A DNA stretch of 56,080 nucleotides, the filler included, from Dirinaria sp. TL-2023a (taxonomy: Eukaryota), in the NCBI GenBank assembly GCA_051941275.1. It is 2 parts of 2 records of this genome, joined end to end, with 100 filler letters (N's around TTAATTAATTAA, not from the genome) between each part and the next. Parts side by side here need not be neighbours in the genome. Positions count along the whole stretch, not along the records: positions 1 to 28,005 come from JAVEBF010000131.1; 1 more part is not named here. One strand, written 5' to 3'. The notes beneath the pieces were generated by a model. The model saw only the letters and a list, made by a program, of their open reading frames with translations. It did not search any database and was not told the origin of the DNA. The position numbers and the translations under genes are program-made. Numbering within the stretch: the first letter of the stretch is position 1; every line of letters begins with the position of its first letter. Positions 12,267 through 25,656 of the stretch are shown in pieces.

Positions 12267-13723
12267 TCAGATCTCAATCTCCGGCTCATATGCTCCCTCA
12301 TTATCTTCATCGTCTTTCTTCTTGTCTTCCTCTTGCTCTTACTCATCTTCCTCCTCCTCGGTTTCTTCCTGATCTTGCTCCTCATCGGTCTCTTCCTCAT
12401 CTTCCTCCTCGCTTTCCTGCTCAACTTCCTCATTATACCAATGATCCAAACATTCGGTGACCCACGGCTTGAAAATCCTCAATGCCCAGTACATCAACTG
12501 ATCAACGATCCGTCGAAGCTGTACAGCGTGCCAGATATTCCCGACATTGCCACTCCAAATGCAAGACATACGCTAGAGAGAAGAGTGTTTAGTAAGCGAT
12601 ATCGGAGAATTTGGGTTCTGAATTGTCAGAGATCAGCGTGGGACGTACACATATGTCATGCTTGTCATCGTTCTCACACATGTAAGCGATGAATATCTTA
12701 ACTACCGGTCCGATAGCAGTCAAAGCGACTATAGGCGACGTATCTAACTTTGTCGGTGCTGCTAATCGTTTGCATAGCATTAGGCAAGCGTGGCTGGCGT
12801 TGGCAGCTTGGCGTAAGCATTCGTTCTCGTCTCCCTTTTCCTTCTTTAATTCGACGACCATCCATGGAAAGGCAGCGTTTTCCCTGGATTTAACCGGTTT
12901 ATAGGCGAGGCTTTTGGTGTGATTTGTACTCATATCCTCCAGATTTTTTTGCGTGAAATGATCAATTCCTTTATCACTCCTTTCGAGACCTTGCAGTCGG
13001 GACAGTTGCTGCTCATTGTAGAGACCTAAACCAAACCAGAAATCCGGTTTCGGCGCATGAGGTTTTTTATCAGAAAATGGGCCTCGAATAGCAGCGGTAT
13101 TCGTGAATAGCTGGTCCGAGCCCCTGAAAAATATATATTAGAGATGTAGCCCTGTAGCCGCTCCCGAATCCTCAGGTTGTTCCCAATACCTACCAAGACA
13201 ACAGGTCTCTCAGGTGGATCCCTTGGCTAATCTCGTTAGTCTACTTAGATTCTCAAAGCGGATAGTGGTGGACCCACTCTGATGCTTGATCATTGATATC
13301 TCCGAAGATAAAATTTGACATGAAACCGTTCCAAGTGCTTTCATTGTTTCTATCTAGTAATTCAATTGCCTTGTAGCGCGATTTCAAGGCTGCATCCCAC
13401 CCATCTTTATATTTCTTGTGGTAAGATTCACAGTAGATGGTGTCATCCTCCTGCTTTAGTCGAAATTTCTAATGTAGGAGGTGCATGTCTGTTTCGTACA
13501 TCCGTTGCAGCTCCGACTTCTGTTCAAGGAAGCAGAAAAACATTTAGCCATATGATGAGATTTAGAGTAAGGCTAAACATACCACATCACCCGGCAATAT
13601 CCCCTTGAAATTGAGGAGTAGCTGCCGGAGACCTTCCGCATATGTTGGCAGCCGCGTAATATTCCTTGGATTTTCTTCAATCTTGATACATTTTTTCTCT
13701 AATGTGGGAAAGGAAGGAGCCAT
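12267..13723 (-). pseudogene. PD-(D/E)xK nuclease-like fungal protein with acidic tail, disrupted by in-frame stop(s)
   Basis: Five exons with canonical introns give MAPSFPTLEKK...PKPDFWFGLGL...AFPWMVVELKKE..CLRQAANASHACL...MSCIWSGNV..AVQLRRIVDQLMYWA and an E/D tract. In-frame TAG at 13471-13469 in exon 2. A TAA at 12341-12339 interrupts the acidic tract, which continues to TGA at 12269-12267. Confidence 0.7.
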
Positions 13724-15107
13724 TCTCCCAAGTCGCGCACGTGGAGTTGCAGATATCGTTCGAGAGGAGCCTCCGTATTTATCTAGTTAAATGTGCGAGC
13801 TGGGAGCAGTAGTAGCCTGATGCGCTGCAGAGCTAATGACATTGGCTTCATAGCTCATCACCTTCAGCGAGCTGCAGGGGCTTCACATGGAGGCAGCAGT
13901 TGTGTTGCGAACGAGCTGGCAACCACTCGATGACAGGAGAAGCCACATAATGTCAATTAACAACAGAAGCCCCTGAAGCTGAAACTGATGGCCCTGTTTC
14001 AGATACTTACTTGCTGCGCAGCTGCACTGCCCTCAAAACGATCCCTCAGTACAAGGCTGGAACCATTTGATCGTCTCATTGGTAGCTTCTCCCGTTACAC
14101 CACCTGATTCGGGTCACTAAACCTAATCAGGCATGCCATAAATCCCATTGATTGGGTAACCCACCGGCTTTTTTTCCCTTGATTATTTCGCCTAATCACA
14201 GACAGATCTGTACATGCATGCACATCTGCCTCAGTCGGGGCAGGCGGTGAGTACGGGGCGAACAAGGTGGAGCCACGCAAAGGGGTTAGATACCGGCGAT
14301 GCTAACGTGTAGTTGTACCTTATACTTTTAAGCTGCAATGCCCTAATGCTTTCTGCAGGAGCTTCTAAAGATACCTTATCTTACGTTTCAGATCTAGGCC
14401 AGTCGTGCAGAGAAGCACAAAAGGAATCCACGGTTCTATTTAGCAGTAATCTAGTGAAGAATAGTGGAATCTTCTTCGCTTCTCGCTCCGCCGTCTGTGC
14501 TACGCGGCCAGGTAAAATCTGCCGGCTGCCGAGTAGACCACATAGACCATACTAGACCCAAAGTTCGAGCCATTCTTTCTGTCGAAGCATCAACCCCACC
14601 TTCAGGGAAAATTGAGCATACCTATACCGAGCATTTCCAAAAGGTTTGGAAACCTCCCTGGAACACACACACTACTCTTCCTAGTTCCTATCTTTCACTC
14701 TCTGGGCCCCTCGGCACTGAGCCATATCCGGCGCAAAAACAGGCAGATCACTCCTCTCCTTCGCAATCCAGTAAAATATGTCCACCCGTCTTCTTATCCC
14801 TTTGCAAGGAGAAAAGAGATACGAAAAGCTGTCACGTCGATGAAATCAAGTGAAGGCGTGGGGGTATTAGTCAAATTGCATGCCTGCAAATGACGTGGGA
14901 TGGTGAGAGAGATACTTTTTCAGCAGAATTGGGAAGGATCGGTGACTGACATGGGAGGAGAAGGAAAGGGTAGATAAAGCAGAAGGAAAAAAAAAAAAAA
15001 TTAAGTCCCAGATGAGAATAGCTAACAGCACAGATGGCGCACGTACAAGTTTAGGTCAACGCAGATACGTACACAAATGACTTTACCAAGACCCATGATC
15101 GGCTTGT

Positions 15108-16516
15108 TTATGCACCGTCGTCTTCGTCCCACGATAGTCTTCCTGGAAGGAGATCTCTCTGCCCATAAAACTCTCCCACAACGGTGATGATCATGTTGAG
15201 TGTAGCCTGAAGCTTGATCGCTTGCTCATCGACGCCATCCAGAGCGGGCGCAGCGGCATCTTCTGATGATGCAGGCGCCACTCCATGAAGACTTAATGAT
15301 GAAGGTGTTTGCACACCGGCTGCTTGGTCGGTGGTGTCAGGCTTGGGACTCGGAGATTCTGATGGAAGAGTAGCCAGGATGCGCGCTTTCGCCGCTTCGA
15401 GAGAGTCACTGAACCCGGATTGTGCGGGCTCATCCTGCGTTTCGACTTGAGCTTGCGCGCCTGCCGTTGCGTCCTCTATGGAAGGTGGATAATTTTCAAG
15501 CCCAGCGCCCTCCTCAATCGGCTTTTCAGCCTCATTTTCTTCGTCTCTGATGCTTTCACCATCGATGTCTGCTTGGTCCATTTCTGCGACGCCCGCCTGA
15601 ACGCCCCTGAGCACCCAAATAGCCTTCTTCCCCAAATCCCTTAGAACGCCAACCTCTTCGCTCCCCATCTCTCCCACATCCCTGCACCTTCCCAGAAGGC
15701 CCCAGGCCCAGAGCCCTAAATTATCTCTTTGCTGGAGATTCTCCTCTGACAATTTCCTTTCTAGAGCACTCAGACCTTGCAATACCGCTTCTTGTGATAG
15801 CTGCCCGAGCAGTCGCATGCACGGCTTCGTACTGAGTGTCCGGCGCCATCGAAAATTAGATGACCCTGAATTGAGGGTCTGTGCTGTATTTATAATGGAT
15901 GGTGGAGCAATAATGTCTGACGGAGGGTTTCGAAGATTCGCGGAATGGGAGGCGAAGCGGCTGCATAGGGAAGCGTGGTAAGCTTCTTGAGGATCCAGAT
16001 GCGAATTCGAGGAAGTAGGGGACGTGGAGGCGTAGGTGGGCGGGGCAGGAGTGGCAGTGTAGGCGCCATCGGCGTAGTAGCCTTCTTCATAATTCGAGGA
16101 TTCGTGATCGGTTCTACGGTCCGCTCTGTCCTGGGAAGTAGGAGCTACGAGCAGCGTCGGTACGGATTTGGCTTCGGACCTGAGGTTTTGAAACGGTCAG
16201 CCAATTCCAGGCGTCTGCGAGAGAGGAGAAAATCTCAGCCAAGAACCTTTTTGCAGGGGCAAAGATGGAAAGCTTACCTGACCATTCGTAGATACTCGAG
16301 ACCGTCACTCGCTGGGGCGTAGAATAATTGCTCATCTTCGCCTTCATCCAGGCCAGGGAATGCACCTCTTTGACCGTAGGTTGGGTCGACTTTTGGCTGA
16401 GCAGTTCTGTTCGAGCTTTCGTGCTCGTCGTCATCGCCAGACTCATATGTTCGACGGCGCTTAGATTCGGAGGGGCTGTAGAATATAGCGTTGGCATTTT
16501 TCCGTTTGCTATTCAT
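15108..16516 (-). CDS. Gemin2/Brr1 (SMN-interacting protein SIP1 family), 2 exons
   Basis: KVDPTYGQRGAFPGLD...DGLEYLRMVR|SEAKSVPTLLVA, YYADGAYTA, LWAWGLLGRCRDVGEMGSEEVGVLRDLGK and C-terminal TLNMIITVVGEFYGQRDLL match the fungal Gemin2 pattern. Confidence 0.85.
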
Positions 16517-16801
16517 TTTATATGTCTTACTAGAGAAGATAGTGATCGAGGAAAAGAAGTACCTTGGGTATGGAAGGTTAGATCAAGCTTTGCGGCCCGT
16601 AAGCAGCTCACACTCTAGGCGATTCCCCACGTGGCGGTGCACTGTTCGAATTCATGTCAATCATCATCTTTGCGCAACTTTCCCCCCTCATCTCCTCAAA
16701 GAGCAAGCCTACCCCTAACTGATCCTCGTTTAACCTTGGAGCTTTAAGCGTTTACGCTCTTTGCAAAAAGAAAATTTTTTTTTAAAAAATGGAGTGAATG
16801 T

Positions 16802-16887
16802 TTCGGATACCGGGAATCGAACCCGGGGCTGTCCGGAGCAATCACAAATATGAAAGCGGACGATGTTAACCCCTACACCATATCCGA
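16802..16887 (-). tRNA. tRNA-Glu(TTC) with 14-nt intron
   Basis: Acceptor stem TCGGATA/TATCCGA, D arm TGGTGTAGGGGTTAACATC, anticodon stem GTCCG/CGGAC with loop CT-TTC-A^C and intron TATTTGTGATTGCT after position 37, T arm CCGGG-TTCGATT-CCCGG. A downstream T-run serves as a Pol III terminator. Confidence 0.96.
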
Positions 16888-17902
16888 TGTGAACAACAGT
16901 TGTTACAATTATAATTAATATTTTAGTATTTGGTTTTAGATTAAAAAGGGAAAGTTCACCCACCCTTTTATCCTTCTTCCAAGACAAAACTGCACAGATC
17001 ATAGGACCAGTACAGTAGTGTCATCTTCATTGTCTCCCAATTAGACAAAGTTAACATTCCGAAAATATGTGTGAAACCAGCAAAAAGAAGGAAGCAGAAG
17101 ATGACGAAGAAGAAGAGGGAAACCACTTAGGCCCGGCACAAGAGAAAGGTAAGGCGTGTAAGGCCTTAGAGAAGGGGGGAACCACCAAGTAAATACCTAC
17201 ATTAGGCTTTGAAAGAACCCCCATATTATTCCGATAATCTAGATAATCGAGACCGATTCTTCGATATCCGTCTTGTCCTAGCATTCGATACTTTATATAC
17301 CTTAATCACTTTTTCACCTTTGGCTTTTAACTTACCGGAAGACTAAGGCAAGTGAAGTAAACGCAACCGGCAAAGCGCTCACATAGGTCGCAGAATAAAT
17401 ACCTTAAGGCACAGGAGGATCTAGCGAGGTTAGAGAGAGAGAAAACAAATAGAATTATTCATGCTCTGTCTGCCTAAGTAATTTGCTGTGCTATGACGGT
17501 ATACAACGACATCCACCGCGCGCTCCCGATGCCTCGAAACAGAAAGAACCAGACCGCATATGTATAAAGGGGAATGAGCGTAAGAACTGCCAGCAGCGCA
17601 AAAGCCACGCCAATATACATGCATGTCTGGCCCGTTCCGATCCGAGTACCCACCCCTTCACGAATGACATGTTCGAAGCATACGCAAATCTAAAGTACAA
17701 TCACACAACTCTTCCCGCCATGTTGTCGGAACTCGTAGTAGGAAAAAAAAAAAGGCGACTAGAAGTGAATATCACCTGGGCTATATCGCCAGGATATATC
17801 CAGAACATTTGCTCAGCCAGCTCAATCTGGCTTGTCAATGAGCAAACTGCAAGGTTATGAGACCCGGAGCTAAGTATCAGCCTAATGGACTGAAAGATGG
17901 CG

Positions 17903-20514
17903 CTATGCCCAGTCGACCTCGGCCGTGATAAGTTGGTACTCGCTCGTTTGAGTGGATGGGTCGAGGCCAGTGGGCGCGGTCCAGCTTAGAAGCATTTTCG
18001 ACCCTCCGTTGACAATATCATCAGATCCATAGTAGTTCGCATGGGCACCACCAGAATAGATGTACTTTCCACTCAGCCCAGTGGCAGCTTTGTAGAGCAC
18101 CTGCTGATCGGACCATTTGTATTTGAGAATATTCTCGACGTAGTCGCTCGACTTATCCCCACCAGGAGCGTATGGAGGTAGTATCGCTTCGTCGGCCACC
18201 AGATAGCGATAGTAAAAAGTGCTGTCTGCATAAATAGTAAGGTAGACCGCGATGAACGTGAGGTGACGTGGCGAGTAGAAGACATCAATGTCCATGTATG
18301 GCCCTTCGATGAAATAGGCTTTTGAAGTCGACGACTGCATTCCGCTGGTCCAGGAGTTGCCGTTCCAGTACTCGTACTTTTAACGTATCAGCTTGAGCTC
18401 AGGTTTGGAAACATCTCACTTACCGAGTCACGATCAGCCACATGATCGGGCGATGTCCTAGCAAGCAAAATACCACCATTAACGTTACCAAATAAATAGA
18501 CGCTTCCATCCTTCCCTCCGATGCCAGATGCCCCCCAAGAGCGAATACCACCTGCGCAGCCCCATTCCACTTCGTCCTCATTGAATATCTTGACATTGGC
18601 GCGGACAGCAGCGGGCCCACCCTTACCACCAGCGGTAATCTCCAAGAGCGTAGCACCAGTATATGTGAAGACAGCTGCTTTGGTGGCAGTGTTAACGTTG
18701 TCGTAGACGATCGGGGCATAGATCAGTGCCGTGGAAGCATCAAGTGGGATGAGTGCGGACTCTGGCCAAATCGCATAGCGTCCGCCTTGACCTTGCATAA
18801 CCTGATTATAGGCTTCTTCGCCTTGTGTCAAGGGAGACAAGCCTCGCATACGTCCAGTATTGTCACTCCATTGACCAATACCGTCTTGAAGGGTCAGAGC
18901 TTTTCCATTCAGCCCGTTCATGCCAACATCAATAGCGACCGAGCTAGAAACGAAACCAAGGAAGTTACCATTGGATGTGTCTGTCGTTGTCGTGTATGAA
19001 CCTGTGTCACAAAATATGAACAGGTGCTCGCCATTAAGAAAACCCCCCCTGCCTCCGTCTCGTGACAGGTGAGGTGTCTCTGACAGGGAATTCAGAGCGG
19101 ACTGGGTTGAAGAATTGACCTCCAGGACACCAGTATTCGATGAGAGGTCATAATTGGTAGTCAGATCTCCGTTCACACCTATCGTGAGCAAGGAGGGGGC
19201 GAGTGTCAGGAGCTTCTCATGGCTCGTAATTTCGATATACTGCTTGCTTGGCTGATTCAGGCTTGGGCCTAGTAAATGTGTGGAAGAAACCTTTGGTACT
19301 ATAATTGAATCTCCCGAGGCGTACGTGACCCCAGCCTGGGATAATGGAGCGGTAGCCGACGAGGATGCAGATGAAGCTGATCGAGAGGACGTGGGTTTCG
19401 TTGAAGTCGAGGCCTGAGGATCTTGGTCCGAGGCAGTGTCGGTTGATGTACTTGACCTGGATGTGGAAGTGTGGGTCGAAGTAGAGCTTGTCGTCGATGA
19501 TTTTGTGCTTGTTACCAGAATGGCACCTTCGATGCCAACAGTTGCTGAAGCTGGATGCTCGGTCGAGTATTTGAGATAGCAGTCATCGGCATCGTGCAAG
19601 CGCTGGGGAACGAATAAAGCTGCGACACACTTTGTGCTTCCGGCTTTAGCGTTAAAGTTGTCGCAAGCCGAAACACATTCATCGTAGGATTGGACCATTT
19701 GGAACGGAAAGTCATTGTCAGGGTAATCGACGTTGCAAATCACTTGGTACTGCTTCGATTCTCCAGAGGTGAAGGTGGTGCCATTGTCAGCTGGGCAGAC
19801 TGAAGTAGCAGTCGCGCTTGGAGTCGCGCGCGTTGAGGTCGCGGTAGAAGAAGCACTGGCGGGTGGATCCACCACAAAAGACTGATAACTACCATCGAAT
19901 GCATCAGAGGACGTGCTGGTTGTAGAGGAGCCGCTGCTGGAGGACTTAGTCGACGCCGCTGTTGTAGCTAGGACCTGTCAGCAATGTATGTTTGCCTTCA
20001 AGACGATCCGCACTTACACGAGCTTGTAATACTAGTCGTATCCGAAATAGCCCGACGAGATCGAGTACGAGTCACACGTGCGCGATGAGGGCCATGCTTC
20101 CAATCAGACCAGTGGAACTCTTCACGAACCTCAAGAAATACGGTCTGAACCGCAGTAGGCGCAGAAGATATGGTGTCGCCAGAGTTTGTAGTAGCAGTGC
20201 CGTTAGAAGCACATGGTTCAGCATCAAGAGGAATCCCGGCAACGGCACGAGCGAGGATGTTGTTCGGATCTTAGATGAAGTCAGTCATCTTGAGCCTTGG
20301 GGACTTAAGCAATTGTAGACCCACTGCAAAGACCAGCGGTAGGATTGACGATTAAGCTGCTACCAGAGCTAGCTGCTAGCGAACGGACTTCGCGAGGAAG
20401 ACGCTCATTGTGGTGATGTTTATGAGATCCTGGGTGACCTTCGCAGGCAAGGACCAGGATTCCGAGGACAAGCAGAACTGCAGCTTTGCAGCTGGGCAGG
20501 AGGTTAGGCATCAT
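17903..20514 (-). CDS. Secreted modular protein: signal peptide, Ser/Thr linkers, PAN/apple-like domain, DUF4185-like domain; 4 exons
   Basis: Hydrophobic N-terminus (KAAVLLVLGILVLACEG). CPADNGT..ICNVDY..CVSAC..CVAALF..CYLK fits the PAN Cys pattern. SRDGGRGGFLNGEHLFIFCDTG and further repeated beta-blade-like segments follow. Introns near 20324-20270, about 20016-19970 and 18423-18381. Confidence 0.8.
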
Positions 20515-21438
20515 GCTCGCCCTGCAAGCAGATGCATTTTATTAGCTAACGGAACAGAAACTTGTTGATCGCAGCCCCTCAGTTGCAACATTCGAAAAGT
20601 ACAAGATCAGGCTCACTCACCTGGAACTTGAACTTCTGAAATCCTCTGTGAAATCCAATGAGAGTCTGGGGTTTGACACAAACGAATGACTGTAAGCGTG
20701 ATCGCTGTAATGAAGAGATACGAACAACGAGCGACAATGGTGAGGGTTCATGAGTACAAGAGATTGGTATTATTTGGGAAGGTGAAATGGACGGAAACAA
20801 ACATCATAAGGTAAGCAACATGTGCCAGTCCCTATCTGAAGATCCCCAAAGGCATCTCAAGCGCTCGGCTAATCTTTGATCTCGCTTACACATATTAGGG
20901 TATCACAGCACGTGATCACGGGAAAAGGGAGGAAAAATCTGCAGGTGTCCGCCAATTTGATATTCAAGGTAAGAGCGGCGCTTGTGGACGGAGGGATGGA
21001 AAGAAGATTACTTACGTACAACCTGCAGTTGTAGGACAACCCACTATTGGTAGGAGAGAGTAGTTTAACTCAGCAGATTTCATATCTGTACGCGTACAGC
21101 ATACTACCTTCAGCCCCTTCATCGAATTCTCAAAACAAGACTACGACTTTACATCCCTATTTTCTTCTTGCCAATCTTTGGGCGCAATCCTCCCTTTACT
21201 CCTGCTCTGATGTCAGCCATCAAACACATCCAGAGGATCGTTCTTGGGCAATAATCAGGGGTCCGCAGAAAGAGAAATGCCATACCAGCTCACTGTTTCA
21301 GGTGGGAACTGGAGGTGAATGATAAGAAACAGAATACCACGCTATTCCCAGTCCTTTACCGACATGCAAGCGCCAGCATAGTGTAGTTATTTCTCTATAT
21401 TTTCTCGAGCAAAATCAAGAACTGACCCATGGATCGCG

Positions 21439-22413
21439 CTATTCTGCCTTCTTCGCCTGCTCTCTCAAATTCGGCGCCGTACCATGCTCAGTAACTTCCC
21501 TCTTCTCAATGTCCGCTGCCCATAGCGCCGCACCGACGGTGTTGGTAAAAGCGAAGAGGATGGACGCTATCGGAACGAGCTCCAGCAGAACAGCAGCAAC
21601 ACCAAAGCTATTCTCATCGTTAGCGAAGATCTGTTGGCAGTCAGTGATCGGCTGGTCGTGTACCTCGTGTATGCCGCGCGATATTCTTCAATATGTTTCT
21701 GCCTCTGGTTACTGTTCCACTCCTTCAATTGGAAGTACCTGGTGTGCGCCGCCGGTCCCGCTGCCTTGCCCTGCAGTACAATAAAGATGGCAGTGCCGAC
21801 TACCGGAATGAAGTTCAAAGGTAAGTACATGAAGTAACGTATCAGAGCCTTGGGTGTAAACTTGGCGAAAGGTTTCTTCACCAGCTTTCCCAACTTGGCG
21901 ATAGGGTCGCCGCCCGCCTTAATTTGTCTCCCCTCCGAGACAAGGTTGGTGGTATTCTTCGAGACCAACGTACCGTCAAAGGTATCCACCAGCGCATCTT
22001 CGACGAGAAAGGTCTTGCTAAGCACTGTGATGAGGGTAGAGCTTTCGCTCAGAACGAGCAGCGCAGCGGAAACAGCAGCAAGGGGACCTTGGGTGAAGGC
22101 CATAATTGCTGCTTGAGGAAGATAGGTGAAGATGAACATTACGGCGGTGATTCCTACGCCGAGCGACATGGTAGGTACAAGCTTTGACGTGAGAGGGCGC
22201 CATAGGTCTCGATGGCTAAGAAAGTATGCGATTCCCTACACTCATAATCCTGATCAGCTTTAGTATGGAGTATTAGGAACAATAAAAAAGCTGTCAAGTA
22301 GGACTACGAACGCGCAGGGGATAAAGGTATGCACCGGAGCGGGCTGCGTCGGCAGTGAGAGTTTTGATCCGTTTGGCGTCTTCTATGGCGACTTCTTTGA
22401 CTTTGTCTGCCAT
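21439..22413 (-). CDS. EI24/RRT8(LDS)-family multi-pass membrane protein, 3 exons
   Basis: MADKVKEVA..SGAYLYPLR|GIAYFLSHRDLW, FTYLPQAAIMAF, VLSESSTL, LVDTFDGTL, YLPLNFIPVVGT, HTRYFQLK, FGVAAVLLELVP..FAFTNTVGAALWAADIE. Confidence 0.85.
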
Positions 22414-22833
22414 AGCGGATGGTGTCTCCGGCTCCTGACTGGGCTTTCAAGCTCAGGTCGACATAGAAGCATAAGTAAAGTATAGTTAGTAAAGTAGGAT
22501 TACAAGAAGGTAGAGAATACCATGAAGCGGGCAAGATCCCTCCAAGTTCTCGGCAAACACGCTACGTCATTCAAGCTTCTTTCTCCTACAATGTGAGATA
22601 CAAGAACAGTATCTTCGCTGCGATGAAAATTGGTTGGATCTGCAGAAAATCACTCGTTCACCAAGTTGGAACTGAGTGGTTCTCAAGAGAATAGTAGTAT
22701 GTTTTAAGGGAAATCGATGACCTATGTTCTCCGAACAGCAAACGCCTGCGCAATGCTCAGTCACCAGCCGACCCAAACCAGCATACTCCAAAGCCTCGTT
22801 GAACGTATATCAATAGCCGGGTATACCTCTGCA

Positions 22834-25656
22834 TCACCTGTTCCTATTGGCCTGCTCTTGCCTCCATGCAGCCTCGCCACTGAATGCCGATAGACTAAGC
22901 CCCAAGCCTCTCCAGCCCCTTCGCCCAGACTGATCCTCAACCAGGGTCTCGGCCATGTCATCCGCTCTTTCCAAATCCTGTTCTGTGTTGCCCGGGATAG
23001 GGATGGCGGCCGAAGGGGATTCGTTCGTGGACTCCGCAGCTATGACTTGCACATCATCTCCCTCCGGTCCGTCGCGGTATCGAGGATGTGATGGTGATGA
23101 TGGAACAGTTGACGATGAGCGTGCGAGAGAGCGTACAACGTCGTTCTTGCATATCGGGCATGTGCGGCGACGAGTGGTAAGCCAAGGAGTACTGAAATCG
23201 CATTAGTAAGGTGCCATATCAACGGAATACCCGGATACTAACATGCAGTCTGCATGGAATTCATGGCCACACGGTAGACTCATCACCTGGCTTTGTCCTT
23301 CCACATATTCTTCAAGACACACCACGCACTCGATCTGCTTTCCTTTGTACCTTCGCTTCGACGCCGAACGCTTGCTTGGCTTTTCTTGCTTGATTTCCTC
23401 ATCTGCCATGGATTTGTGGAACGACGTACATAACTCATCGCCTACACCTGACATGGTCCTAGAGCGAGGCCTTGAACGAGGCCTAATTGATCGTGGGCTG
23501 GTTTGTAGAAGCGGAGAGGTTGGAGACGATGTAAGTGGAGAGGCGACGCGGATTGAGGAGGTCGTGGAGGAAGTAGACATGGTTTGGTAGGTTCGAATGG
23601 GCAGCTGCTCAACGACAGATTTAGGTGCTCGCCATCGGCGCCTGCGTATTCGGGATCGAATCAAGAGTAGAGCGTAGACGACGGTCAATGTGACAAGCGG
23701 ACTAACAACAAGAACAAGAAGGGTATCAAAGAAAGGCGTGGTTGACATAGTAGTAGGGCTCAACGTGACCCAGAGGCCTTCATGTTCCTCCTCACCCACA
23801 ACGCCCGAAGGTCTGGCATTGTCTTTCCTATTTGACATATCCTTTCCTGGTGATTCGTTCTTGCGTAGTGCTGCGGAATCTGGATGCTGCGTGCCAAGCG
23901 AGGCTTCACTGGCATCTTCTCCCCAGAGCACGTGGGTAAGCCAGCTCTCTTCGTCGTCCTTAGTATGCAAATCTTTTGGCGCCCTTATTGCGTTCCCATC
24001 ATCTTGTCTGTCCATCCACGCACGGTTTGAGCCTGACACACTGTCTCCTGGTCTTCCATATTCGCCGCTTCCCGGTGTGATACTCCCTCCGGAAAGAGGC
24101 CTCCCATCGACGGGTTTAGCTGTACTTTGCTGCTTTTCTGTACTTCCTGATTTGGTAGATGTCATGCCTACCGAGGCCTTGGTGCTATCTCTGCCTTTGC
24201 TCTGGGTCGCTTTGGTAGCGACTAGATCAGGATCCCGCCAGTCTTGTATGCCAATTTCGAACCCGTCTCCAGAGCCACGCTGAGAAGATGGTTTTTGTGT
24301 TCCCTCGAATTTAGTGCTCGCCTTGCCTCGCACATCGTACTTGGTGTTTGCCTTTCTTTCGGCGACTGTTTCTGCATCCCATTTTTCATTGATCCAATCC
24401 AGGCGCCCACTACTTGGCGGTCGCCTACTGTCAGCGCCCAAGTCCGTATCTTCGCTGTCATTTTTGTACCCGAATAGAAATCTCAACCACCCTTCGCTCT
24501 TCTTAGAGTTCCGACGCTTTGGCTTCTCTGCCGCCGCAATTCTCTTCTTTGCCGATGGATTTGTCAAGCGTGCGGAGGTTGCCCTCGGTTTGGGAGCACT
24601 AGGAGTGAAAGTCGGTCGATCGTCGTTACCCTGCAGACCCTGCTTCGCAGTATCATCTCCTTCATTGGCTTGTTTTATCTCGACATTGTCCTCATTTGCT
24701 GGATCTAACAAGTCTGGAAGACGTTCAGGGGGTATAAGGGACGAGAGTAGGTGTGCAGTCGTGTGCGATGTGAATAGAGACGGAATCGTGATGTTAGAGG
24801 TATCGCCACGAGCGTACATGGTGACTAATGCTCCGCCCCTTGTATCGTCACCAACGATAAGCGCAACTGCACCACGGCGCTGTGCCCATTTCACTTTCTC
24901 CAGAAACCCACAGCCGCCTCGGCTCAGTAAAGCTACCTTGCCAGTGATCTCAGCTGTTTCCTGCAATGACTGTATGTCTGCATGTTTAGAAGAACCACCC
25001 TCAGCCAGTGCTAAGCGTTGCTTGGACTGCGCTCGTTCCACAAGCCCTGAGACCTGTGATGCTGGCAACGGGTGATGGAGGTAGTCGTCAGTGCCGTCGT
25101 CGGCCATAAATTCAGCGTTATTCTCATGGCCAATGGAGCCGGCTGATGAAGCCTTGCTGGAGCTTGAACTACCGGATTTTGGTATATTTCCGGCTTCATT
25201 CCCCGCTGCGGGAGGTGAACCTTTCACTTGAGCAGAGCTTGAGGGTGCTCGGTGTGGCTTTCTGCCATCTTCCCAGCCTGGAACATCGCTGCAGCCCAGT
25301 TCGCCTTCAGCGCCATAAGTCACCCCACCTTTGCCAATGCTATCGCCACCGAAACCGCTGCCGACCCACAATTGGCCGCTGAGCCCTTTCGATGTGAGTT
25401 GGGGACCGAAATCCGCCGGCCGAGCGAGGAAGAAGGTGGAGTTATCATCAGTCAAGCTAATAATAGCGGAAGGAGGGAAAAGAGAGGAAGGGGAGCGGAA
25501 GGAAAAGTAAGATCGGATCGTGCCTGTTTGCTCGATAGGCGTCGACTCGGTGGCGGCATCGCGACGAGGGTGAGCATTCAGGAGAGAAAAGAAGGTGAGA
25601 AAGGTCGGTAATGCAACGAAGCAGATGAGTAGGAGGACGGGTCGAGCTACAGGCAT
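22834..25656 (-). CDS. PA-domain, single-TM, RING-H2 E3 ubiquitin ligase (RNF13/RMR-like), 2 exons
   Basis: N-terminal signal anchor. PA motif KVALLSRGGCGFLEKVKWAQRRGAVALIVGD, TM LLVLVVSPLVTLTVVYALLLI, RING-H2 CVVCLEEY..LPCGHEFHADC|TPWL..TCPIC split by an intron. Confidence 0.93.

Noticed and set aside
12219..12692. 157-aa plus-strand ORF with a very hydrophobic Leu/Ile/Phe stretch resembling a membrane protein
   Set aside because: It is the antisense mirror of the GAR-rich Glu/Asp tract of the minus-strand gene.
16890..17480. AT-rich tract upstream of the tRNA as a possible solo LTR
   Set aside because: No TG..CA boundaries with target-site duplication or second copy could be identified.
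23690..25075. Long plus-strand ORFs (197 and 253 aa)
   Set aside because: Antisense shadows of the PA-RING coding exon, with no recognisable domains.
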